Below, piece by piece: positions 23,501 to 38,187 of a stretch of 64,000 bases of DNA. Every line of letters starts with the position of its first letter. Position 1 is the stretch's first letter. Below the pieces are notes generated by a model. The model worked only from the letters and a program-made list of their open reading frames with translations. It searched no databases and was not told the DNA's origin. A program made the translations under genes and the position numbers. Source of the DNA: the human T2T-CHM13v2.0 reference genome, Homo sapiens; assembly GCF_009914755.1 (NCBI RefSeq), contig NC_060935.1; one strand, written 5' to 3'.

Positions 23501-23607
23501 TTTCACAGCATAACAGTGTGTCAGTGATAACTGTGGTTGTGTTTTTTTTTTTAAGTCCTCGTGTAAGACACAGTGAGGAATTTTTTTTTTTTTTTTTTTT
23601 TTTTTGA

Positions 23608-23962
<355 letters not shown>

Positions 23963-24783
23963 TAGCATATATGAATTGGAAATCACAGTGGCAAAATGTT
24001 GGTTACTGTTGAAGCTGGGTAATAGGGGTTCATTCAATTATCCTCTCTTCTGTATGCTTCAAATTATCCATAATAAAAAGTTTTAAAACAATTAAATAGA
24101 ACAACCAAGGGCTCTGCATTATAGAGTCATCCTAGAACCCAAGGCTCATTCTGTCTTCAACCTGTGGCCTTGGGTCATCCCAGCATCATCCAGCCAGCAA
24201 ATGAAAAAAAGCTGGAATGCGGGCTGGGTGCGGTGGCTCACGCCTGTAATCCCAGCACTTTGGGAGGCTGAAGCGGGCGGATCACAAGGTCAGTAGATCG
24301 AGACCATCCTGGCTGAAATAATAGAAACCCGGTCTCTACTAAAAAATACAAAAAATTAGCTGGGTGTGGTGGCGGGTGCCTGTAGTCCCAGCTACTCGGG
24401 AAGCTGAGGCAGGAGAATGGCGTGAACCTGGGAGGCGGAGGAGACCGCGCCACTGTACTCCAGCCTGGGTGACAGAGAGACCCTGTCTCCAAAAAAAAAA
24501 AAAAAAAAAAAAAAAAAAGGACTGCAAGGGCACACACTTTCTTAACTGCCTGAACCCAGAAGTGGTAAATCACTTTCATTCACATTCCATTCTCAAGTAA
24601 CAGTCACACAGTTCTACCTGGATGCAAAGAGATAGGGAGAGAGTCTAGCTGCAGTATGCCTGGGAAGAAAATAAATGAAGTTTGCAGTAGCAATAGCTAG
24701 TCCCTCCATAGACCATTTTCTGTCCTTAGAGAATTTCTTTTGGTCCTACCTTTGGTCCCCTGGTTAACTACAACTCTCTTTTA

Positions 24784-26515
<1,732 letters not shown>

Positions 26516-26573
26516 TGTCTTTGTCATGTTTATTGTCTGTCTCACTTGCTCACTTGGTGGTTACATTCTACAA

Positions 26574-26783
26574 CAGGGTTATCTAATCTTTTGGCTTCCC
26601 TGGGCCACATTGGAAGAATTGTCTTGGGGCACACATAAAATACACTAACACCTAATGATAGCTGATGAGCTAAAAAAAAAAAAAATCAAAAATGTCTCAT
26701 AATGTTTTAAGAAAGTCTATGAATTTGTGTTGGACCCCATTCAAAGCCATCCTGGGCTGCATGTGAGCCACAGGTTGGACAAG
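26574..26783. mobile_element. MER30 hAT MITE
   Basis: CTTTTGGCTTCCCTGGGCCACATTGGAAGAA...GATAGCTGATGAGCTAAAA...GGTTGGACAAG. Confidence 0.8.
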
Positions 26784-27530
26784 AAGGTTGTTCTAGAAGG
26801 TGAGAAAACTGTAAGACGAGTATTGAAAAGGGCTTTTTGAGAGCTCTGAAAGCCCCTTTCAGCTCTCAAATTATATCAAAAGTACATGGATTATCACGAT
26901 GCATATTGGGTGGGGAGGAATGATTAAGTAATGGGGGCCGGGCTCGGTGGCTCACACCTGTAATCCCAGCACTTTAGGAGGCCGAGGCGGGCGGATCATC
27001 TGAGCTGAGGAGTTCCATACCAGCCCGGGCAACATGGGGAGACCCGGTCTCTACAAAAAATACAAAAATTAGCCAGGTACAGTAGTGTGCGCCTGTAGTC
27101 CCAGCTACTTGGGAGGTTGAGTCAGGAGAAACACAAGCCCAGGTGGCAGAGGTTTCAGTGAGCTGAGATCACACCATTGCACTCTAGCCTGGGCGATGGA
27201 GCAAGACTGTCTCAAAAAAAAAAAAAAAATTAAACATGTGGAATAGCTAGATATTATATTAATGGGCTATTATCAAGAAAACTTACCTGGAAAAGTTTTA
27301 TTCTACCAGCGTCACATTGAGTTGATATTAATAATCTTACGATTTTATACCATATCATGCTTTATACAACTCTTTTTAATCTGTTATCTCATTTAATCCC
27401 CCAGTAGCATTTTGAAATAGATACTGTTCAGTTGAGGAAACCAAAGCTAAGGGATTAAGTGCTTTGTTGAAAAGCACCGCAGGCCTGGCGCGGTGGCTCG
27501 TGCCTGTAATCTCAGCACTTTGGTGGATCA

Positions 27531-27716
<186 letters not shown>

Positions 27717-27937
27717 TCAAAAAGAAAAGCACCAGCAAGTTTGTGGCAGGAGTAGAACCTGAATCCAGGTCTTCTGACTGATGTTTATCCCCGTACACCT
27801 TACCTAACTGCAGTTCTTTATTGTTCCCATTCCCAGTTTGGATCGCTATTGGTTTTTATTACATATTTAGTTCCCTTTCCCACCTAAGTTAGCTCTAGTC
27901 ACTGCATTCCTGTTATAATACTTCGATTCTGTTCCAG

Positions 27938-27998
27938 AGAGAAGTGGAGATCCTGATGTTTCTCAGTGCCATTGTGATGATGAAGAACCGCAGATCCA
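27938..27998 (+). CDS. TMX2: TMX2 coding exon 2
   Basis: cag|AGAGAAGTG...TCCA|gtaagt; REVEILMFLSAIVMMKNRRS. Confidence 0.94.
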
Positions 27999-28226
27999 GT
28001 AAGTTTAGTTCACTTCTCAGACTCAAGGTTAGATCTAATGCCCTTTGGAGGTGCTTTGCTTCATGTTAAGAGAGTGGCAATCATTTGGTAAATTTGTCCT
28101 ACGTTTAATTCCAAGGCTGAATTTGAACTTGGACTTCTATCCCCTCCCTGTCTCCTATTTCAAAGTGCCCCATGAAGAGGGACAAAGAATGGGATATAGG
28201 AGTGCACAGCCCAGCCTGACCTGTGA

Positions 28227-28403
<177 letters not shown>

Positions 28404-28604
28404 TGATAGACTTGATTGTGGAAACCACAGTCCCAACAGTTGCAATCCCAAACATGTTTCTCCATACCCTTCTTCCATATCTCATACCTAATGAATTATA
28501 TATGTAGCTCAGATGATAACAGTTTACAGAGACTGTTATTGTAGAGGTAGGGAATGTGTTGGTGGTCTACATATATCCACAAGTGTGTATTATTTGGGGG
28601 CTGA

Positions 28605-28811
<207 letters not shown>

Positions 28812-28924
28812 TAGTTGTGCTCTCCATTCACTAGGAGGAACAACAGTGCTTCAAAATGGATGTCACGGGCACTGTGGTTCATTATGAGAGCCGGGGGAGA
28901 GGGAACACCAGGATGAGGAATTAG

Positions 28925-29101
<177 letters not shown>

Positions 29102-29289
29102 TGAGTAGTGCAAAGGGAGGGATGGTGGAAATGGAGATGCTGTGCCTTCCCTCTCACTGTTTTTGGCTTTTCTTTTTCTTTTGGCCTTGATTTTCACACA
29201 TGGTAACCAAAGGCATCTCCCTCTCCCCTCTTAAATATCTATACTTCCACTTTCCTTGATCCATTATTTTTTTTCAGCATATTAAATAA

Positions 29290-29436
<147 letters not shown>

Positions 29437-29460
29437 TAGAGAACTTTCTGGGCCCTGCAG

Positions 29461-29590
29461 GTACAAAGTGAGCACATCACCCCTCACCAAGCAACTCCCT
29501 ACCCTGATCCTGTTCCAAGGTGGCAAGGAGGCAATGCGGCGGCCACAGATTGACAAGAAAGGACGGGCTGTCTCATGGACCTTCTCTGAG
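29461..29590 (+). CDS. TMX2: TMX2 coding exon 7
   Basis: cag|GTACAAA...GAG|gtacct; [23 protein letters not shown]...WTFSE. Confidence 0.94.
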
Positions 29591-29926
29591 GTACCTGAAA
29601 GGAAGGGCAGGTGCATGAAGGGTGCAGAACAGTAGGTGGGCTTTCAAGCCCTACCCGGGTTTGATTCACAGCTCTGCCACTTGCCCATTAGCTTTGAGGG
29701 TGTGGACTAGTTACTAGACCTCATGTTTTAATTCATTTAGCAAATATATATTATGTGCAGACCTGCTAGTACTGGGTAACAATCATTAGTTAAGATTTGG
29801 TCTCAGGCCAGGCACGGTGGCTCACGCCTGTAATCCCAGCACTTTGGGAGGCCGAGGCTGGCAGATCACCTGAGGTCAGGAGTTTGAGACCAGCCTGACC
29901 AACATGGAGAAACCCCGTGTCTACTA

Positions 29927-30138
<212 letters not shown>

Positions 30139-30260
30139 TTAGGTTCCCTGTCAGTTAATTGGAGGTAATAACCCCTGGCTTACAGGGTTGTTTTGCAGAT
30201 TACATTAAATAATTTAGGTATAATTCTTGGCACGGTGATTGGCACATAATGGGTATTTAA

Positions 30261-30575
<315 letters not shown>

Positions 30576-31276
30576 GATCCTCACTTTGGCAGTGCTTCCT
30601 CTCCTGTCAATTCCAGGCTCTTTCCATAACCACAAGCCTGAGGCTGCAGCCTTTTATTTATGTTTTCCCTTTGGCTGTGACTGGGTGGGGCAGCATGCAG
30701 CTTCTGATTTTAAAGAGGCATCTAGGGAATTGTCAGGCACCCTACAGGAAGGCCTGCCATGCTGTGGCCAACTGTTTCACTGGAGCAAGAAAGAGATCTC
30801 ATAGGACGGAGGGGGAAATGGTTTCCCTCCAAGCTTGGGTCAGTGTGTTAACTGCTTATCAGCTATTCAGACATCTCCATGGTTTCTCCATGAAACTCTG
30901 TGGTTTCATCATTCCTTCTTAGTTGACCTGCACAGCTTGGTTAGACCTAGATTTAACCCTAAGGTAAGATGCTGGGGTATAGAACGCTAAGAATTTTCCC
31001 CCAAGGACTCTTGCTTCCTTAAGCCCTTCTGGCTTCGTTTATGGTCTTCATTAAAAGTATAAGCCTAACTTTGTCGCTAGTCCTAAGGAGAAACCTTTAA
31101 CCACAAAGTTTTTATCATTGAAGACAATATTGAACAACCCCCTATTTTGTGGGGATTGAGAAGGGGTGAATAGAGGCTTGAGACTTTCCTTTGTGTGGTA
31201 GGACTTGGAGGAGAAATCCCCTGGACTTTCACTAACCCTCTGACATACTCCCCACACCCAGTTGATGGCTTTCCGT

Positions 31277-31282
31277 AATAAA
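31277..31282 (+). terminator. TMX2: TMX2 polyadenylation signal
   Basis: AATAAA followed by T/GT-rich tract at ~31300-31325; alternative ATTAAA at 31050. Confidence 0.75.
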
Positions 31283-31579
31283 AAGATTGGGATTTCCTTT
31301 TGATTGCGCGTTTGTGTGTTTCTGTATTAGAAAAGCCTGACAACTGCAGAGGAATTGCCCATCTTAAGGGCAAAGGCCATCCTATTTGGTTTCACCAAAT
31401 GCCGGGCATTGATCCCCAGGACTGGCAAGAGTTGGAGAAGTCTAGTTTCCATAAATCTAGAATAGCGGCCACATGTTGTTAGGTGGTGGGTTTACTCTGG
31501 GATTGGCCTGCGGTTGCCAGGGAGGAGAGTTTGGCGGCAGATGGTGGCACACAACATTTAGCGCCATGCAAAGGTACAG

Positions 31580-31925
31580 AAAAGATTGCGCGAAGCGAGG
31601 CTAGCAGTCGGACCTAGTCTCCGCCCCTTCCTGCTGTGTTCACCATCCCAGCGTCCCCTGTCCCCTCCACCCGAAGCGATGGGTGGTTCCGTCAGGCGCT
31701 TCCCGCACCTTCCCGCTCCCTGCTTGCAAAGTGGTTGTGCCCCAAGGTCCGCCTCCAGGCCACGTGGGTGCTGCGGGCCAAGCTTTCCCTTCCTTTGAGA
31801 GAGGTTTCCGCTGTAGGAGCAGAGCTTCCGGGCTGCGCTCTTCGTTGCCCAGTTTCCGCTCAGTGGTCGCGTCTCCGCCCCCCACCCACCAGTCCCGCTG
31901 CATTCTCGGCCGGGCTCTAGGCGCC
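31580..31925 (+). promoter_or_regulatory. SELENOH: SELENOH CpG-rich promoter/5'UTR
   Basis: CpG-dense; E-box CACGTG 31761, repeated TTCCG ETS-like sites, MRE core TGCGCTC 31834, GC box ~31875. Confidence 0.75.
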
Positions 31926-32047
31926 ATGGCTCCCCGCGGGAGGAAGCGTAAGGCTGAGGCCGCGGTGGTCGCCGTAGCCGAGAAGCGAGAGAAGCTGGCG
32001 AACGGCGGGGAGGGAATGGAGGAGGCGACCGTTGTTATCGAGCATTG
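31926..32047 (+). CDS. SELENOH: Selenoprotein H coding exon 1
   Basis: gccATGG Kozak; MAPRGRKRKAEAAVV...VVIEH; donor TG|gtgagg. Confidence 0.96.
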
Positions 32048-32138
32048 GTGAGGGGCCTGGAGAGTAACGGGAGAGAGGGAACAGTGGCGCCGGGGGGGGC
32101 CAGGGGCCCCGGTTTCTAACCTCTCCGTCTCTCCCTAG

Positions 32139-32284
32139 CACTAGCTGACGCGTCTATGGGCGCAACGCCGCGGCCCTGAGCCAGGCGCTGCGCCTGGAGG
32201 CCCCAGAGCTTCCAGTAAAGGTGAACCCGACGAAGCCCCGGAGGGGCAGCTTCGAGGTGACGCTGCTGCGCCCGGACGGCAGCA
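32139..32284 (+). CDS. SELENOH: Selenoprotein H coding exon 2 with Sec TGA at 32146-32148 (CTSU)
   Basis: tag|C ACT AGC TGA CGC GTC TAT GGG...; frame continues RVYGRNAAALSQAL...PRRGSFEV; donor A|gtgagt. Confidence 0.96.
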
Positions 32285-32446
32285 GTGAGTGGGGACCTGG
32301 ATGTGGGGGAGAGGGACGTGGGTGAAAGGGACGTGGGTTCCGAAGACAGGAAGCGCTATTCTTAGAAACCACGGCAGTCTCATGACTTCAGAGACGTGCT
32401 CGTGGGTTCCGAAGTATTGTAACTTCGCTTCATTCTGGCCTTTCAG

Positions 32447-32547
32447 GTGCGGAGCTCTGGACTGGGATTAAGAAGGGGCCCCCACGCAAACTCAAATTCC
32501 CTGAGCCTCAAGAGGTGGTGGAAGAGTTGAAGAAGTACCTGTCGTAG
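32447..32547 (+). CDS. SELENOH: Selenoprotein H coding exon 3 (exon continues as UTR to 32577)
   Basis: AELWTGIKKGPPRKLKFPEPQEVVEELKKYLS*; total 369 nt = 122 aa + stop. Confidence 0.96.
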
Positions 32548-33192
32548 GGAGATTTGGGTAGAAGCCCTCATGCTGAGGTTTGAAATGGGAAGTGGGGGGC
32601 GCGACCGCTGTTGAGGAAGAGAAGGCATTGATCTTGGTGTGGCTACAAGTACCCACCTGGCGTGGGTAGCTCACGCCTGCAATCCCAGCACTCTGGGAGG
32701 TCGAGGCAGGAGTGGATGGCCAACACAGGGAGACCCTATTTGAAAACAAAAAACAAAAAAAAGACACAATATTGTTTTCTGTCTAGTGTGCCCTAAGTGG
32801 AATTTATGTCCTTTGGGAGACTGTAGTTGACTTGCCCTGGGGGTATGGACAAGTTTTCCATTTGGAAGTTTATTTCATGTTACTTCATTTATGCTTATCC
32901 CTACCCTCTTCTGTTTGGTTCTTGGGTGTTCTGTTACTGTCCTGTGTTAACACTGCATTACAATACCATTAAATTTGGTTACAAGGATTTTGACCTTGTC
33001 TTTGTCCCTAGTGCTTCATACAGTGCTTTGGCATGTTGTTCTGCACTTATTATGTTGAGTGAGATTTGGAGGAAGGATGCAATCCTTGAGCTTCAGGGTT
33101 TGTGAGTTCAAGGGTTGGGGAACATGTCTTCCTCAGTCCTTAAGATTGCCCGGATCCTTTCTCTAACCTTATTTCCCTTCTCATTTTTGCAG

Positions 33193-33385
33193 CTTTGTGT
33201 CCCTGGTGATGTTGGAACATTAATGATGGAACATGGCCAAACTTCAGTCATGATCCTGAAGCCATGGTTTCTTCCCTGCCAGAAATGAAGGTTCAGTTAT
33301 GAGGCAACCCTCTAGTAAGGCATTGTAAAAGTTACTGGATTTGGTTTAATAAAAGTTGAAATAAAGTATTTGAGTAATAGAGTAA
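33193..33385 (+). other. SELENOH: SELENOH 3'UTR-only terminal exon
   Basis: Polypyrimidine tract + CAG acceptor at 33192; contains SECIS; AATAAA at 33348 and 33360. Confidence 0.8.
33214..33271 (+). promoter_or_regulatory. SELENOH: SECIS element
   Basis: ATGAT (33223-27) / TGAA (33257-60) non-Watson-Crick core, stem GGAACATGGC:GTCATGATCC, apical AAA 33239-41. Confidence 0.9.
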
Positions 33386-33864
33386 AACTTAATCTTAAGG
33401 GATGGACAAAGCCAGCCTTGTGGAGTTGGTAGTCCTTGTGTTTTTCATAGCCCAAGATAGCCATGTGACCTGGAACTTTTAAAAAAAAATTTTTTTTTAA
33501 GAGCCAGAGTCTCACTTTGTCACCCATGCTGGAGTATAGTGGTGCTATCTCGGCTCACTGCAACCATTGTCTCCCAGGTTCAAGCGATACTCCTGCCTCA
33601 GTCTCCTGAGTAGCTGGGATCACAGGTGCACACCACCACGCCTGGCTAATTTTTTTATTTTTATTTTTAGTAAAGGCGGGGTTTCACCATGTTGGCCAGG
33701 CTGGTCTCAAACTCCTGACCTCAAGTGATATGCCTGCCTTGACCTCCCAAAGTGCTGGGGTTACAGGCATGATGAGCCACCGCACCTGGCCTGACCTGCA
33801 ACTTTTATGATCTCTGGTAAAACATGAGAAATACTTGTAAAAATTATGGGAGCAAAGTAAATAA

Positions 33865-33870
33865 TTTATT
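33865..33870 (-). terminator. BTBD18: BTBD18 polyadenylation signal
   Basis: AATAAA on minus strand ~600 nt downstream of the stop codon. Confidence 0.7.
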
Positions 33871-34463
33871 TTTTAAAAAAGCAACTGTATCTTTTTCAAC
33901 TTACTTTTTGGAAGTAATGATGGAAGTACATCTTCTTGGCCCCTGCAGAGGTTTTAGCTAGACTTCCTAATACTGGCAGTGAATAAGCCCCACGTTGGGT
34001 GCTGGACAGCATCCATCACTCCCACCCACTTAGTATTCCACCCAACACTGCTTCACACCTTCCTCTGGAACATTTTCTTAAACAATACCCCACCACAGAG
34101 GAGGGTGTTCTTTCTCAGCTTTTCCTAAATTACCAGTGACTGGATGCCTTATGACCTGAGAGATCTGGCCTTGGCTGTTACCTATGACCCACCAGAATTG
34201 GGGAGCACACAGTTTGTTTCAGTTGTCACTAACCGGAAAATAGATTACAAATAAGATGGTACAAGTTCATAATTTTCTATCTATGGTACCCTTGGCTTCT
34301 GCCTGGCTTCTGAGGCTTAGGGAAGGGAGGAAGGGACCTACAAAGAGCCAGGGTACACCTGCCTCTTGTGCTGAGGGCACGTGCCAGCTTCTCTGCCAGT
34401 AAGCCTTTTGCTAGCTAACATTTCCCACCCTCCCAAGGCCCCTAACCTGCCCTCCCCTCTCCA

Positions 34464-36478
34464 CTATGTTAGTATATCTACCTCTGTTTCTGACTCTGAG
34501 GAAGGGTCAGGCCACACGGAGGGAACAGTAGTGGGTACCAGCCTCCCCTCTGCTGTCCAGTCCACCACATCAATCTCTTCCTCTTCAGAGCTGGCAGGAA
34601 GTGAGCCTAGTAGTTCAGAGTGACCAGATACCTCCTTGCCTGCCTTGGGAGAAGGGTATAATAACTCATCTGTAGTCAAGGAGACTTCCAGCCCAGTCTC
34701 CACCCAGTTTGAGCAGGGAGGTGAGAGGTCCCCATAAGACCTCTGGGGAGTATCAAGGGAGCTGACATGGAGAAGTTTGTCTTCCTGACCATCCAGTGGC
34801 TGGGAGCTGGTAATTTCAAGGTCTGGTGTCCAACGGCCTCCTACTGAAAGCACTTCACTCACCTCAGAGGGCATGACAAGGGGGCTAAGGAGCTCAGTTG
34901 GCCCTCTGTTCTCACCAGCAGGTTCCTTTTCCAATTCTGTGAGCTCCCTGGGCCAGAGTTCCATGTCTGGTAGACACCATTCTTCCCCTTCAATCCAGTT
35001 CTTTCCTGTTTCTGTCAGATGGTAGGTAGGCGTTCTGCAGCCCTCAGCCCCTGGACTCTCCAGAGACCCTATAGGTGGTTCAATGTCTGAGCCACAGAGC
35101 ATGAAGTCCAGGATCTCCTCCAGCTCACTGGTGGCAGCAGCACTTGTGATTCGGTACTCCTCAGCCTCACAGGGCTGCTCCAGCAGAGCTGTGTCAAATG
35201 CATAGGGTTCTCTGCAGTCAATAGCCAACATAGGTTCCTTCTCTACCAGTTCTGGACTGGACTCAAACTCTGACTTCACCACTGGGTGGTCTGGGGAGTG
35301 GCTAGCAGAGACCAGAATGTCTTGTAGCTTAGTGCACATGGGGGAGTCCTGACACAGTTCTGTTCTAGTAGGTGACATTTCCTGCTCATTACTGGAGAAT
35401 GGCTGAGTTCCTGAAGGCTCTTGGAAGTCTCCTCCGGGATCTGGGATCTGGGGGCTATCTTGAGTGTTTTTGAGAGGAGTCTCTTGTACCACTTCCCAGC
35501 AAGTCCCATTGACAATCTTCCTAAGTTTAACTCTCCCAACCTGCCCCTCCTCTGCAGAGTCTGAGTTAGGTGCCCTGACTTCAGGGCTCCGCTTCCTGCT
35601 CCCACCTGTCTTTCCCAGACCAGATGGGTTTGGGGTGCTCTGCAGAGGACTAGCTCTGCCTGGTTTTGGCTTGTCCTCTGGTGTTTCTTTATTTACACTC
35701 CTCTGCCGCCAAAGACGCCGGCCAGGGGTTGCAGGCACTGAGCTAGATCCACTTAAAATGCTGGAAGGCTTTGATGTACAGATACCAGGAGATGGCTTTG
35801 AGCGACTGAGCCTGATCTTTCTGGGCAACAGGTGTTTGTCCACAGAGGGGTACAAGCTGGGTGGGGAGAGCACTGTAGGATCAAGGGCAGTGTCATTCTT
35901 GTTCTCTCTAGGCTCTTGACTATGGCTTGATGGTGAAGAGTTTTTTTCTTGTGGAGTTGGGCAGGCTCTGGCCTTCCTCTTGAGCAGAAGAGTGCCAGAC
36001 AAATTGTCTGCATTCTGTCGGTTGTTTTCCTGGGGCCCCTCTTCCTTCCCCAAGGACTTCAATCTTATTGCCCCAAGAGGACAAGGAGTTTGATTAGTGG
36101 GCAGTGGGGTGTGAGGGTGGTGGCTGGGTGTCACCACTCTGGCAGAGATTGGTGCAGCACTTGTTGGTTGTAAGCACTCTCGGTTCAGCCTTCGGCCCTG
36201 TGGGGCCTTCACCAACTTTCCACCCTCAAGCTGAAGGGATTCCAGCTCAGACACACGGAGCTGACGGGCAGCAGATAGCACATCCTGGGCTTCTTCTTGA
36301 GATACTTCCATTTCTGAGGTATACAAGAAGTCCACCAGCTTCCTAAGTGTGCTGATCTTCAGGCCACCCAGCTCTAGCACCACCTTCCCACCCTGAGCTG
36401 GCCTCTCCCGCTCCAGGCGCTCTGTGAAGAAGGGGCTACAAGCTGACAGGATGCAGCAGTGAGCTGGAACTGCCTCAC
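34464..36478 (-). CDS. BTBD18: BTBD18 large terminal coding exon
   Basis: BTB motif AHCCILSACSPFF...LVDFLYTSEM...AARQLRV; acceptor ttcccttcag|GT; 2015 nt, with the upstream exon 2139 nt = 712 aa + stop. Confidence 0.93.
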
Positions 36479-36658
36479 CTGAAGGGAAACCCAAATACTT
36501 TTGTTATCAGGTAGACTGGCATGTTCATGGGCTAAGCATAGACATTACTACCCAAATGTACTGCCCCTTCTTTTATTTTCCTTCCATGGGACTTCAAGTA
36601 AAAGAAAAAAATTATTCTTCTGCCTGCCTGGAACCTTCTGCCATTACCTTTTGCCTAG

Positions 36659-37040
<382 letters not shown>

Positions 37041-37149
37041 TGAAATCCCAACTGTTAGGTAGGCTGAAGCAGGAGAATTGCTTGAGTCCAGGGCTTTGAG
37101 GCTAGCCTGGGGAACACAGTTATACCTTGTCTCCAAAAAAAAAAAAAAA

Positions 37150-38187
<1,038 letters not shown>

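Noticed and set aside
29461-29466. CAG|GTAC at the TMX2 exon 7 start as a recursive splice site
   Set aside because: Preceding intron is only 91 nt and the reconstituted donor is weak
31683-31925. GTG-initiated in-frame N-terminal extension of SELENOH
   Set aside because: Runs through GC-rich promoter sequence where open frames are expected; the ATG at 31926 has a strong Kozak context
32146-32148. In-frame TGA read as a nonsense mutation (pseudogene)
   Set aside because: CxxU context, intact downstream frame and a SECIS indicate selenocysteine
36479-36494. ORF-track start of the 676-aa ORF (MGFPS)
   Set aside because: Intronic TTG upstream of the splice acceptor; the true N-terminus comes from 41519-41396
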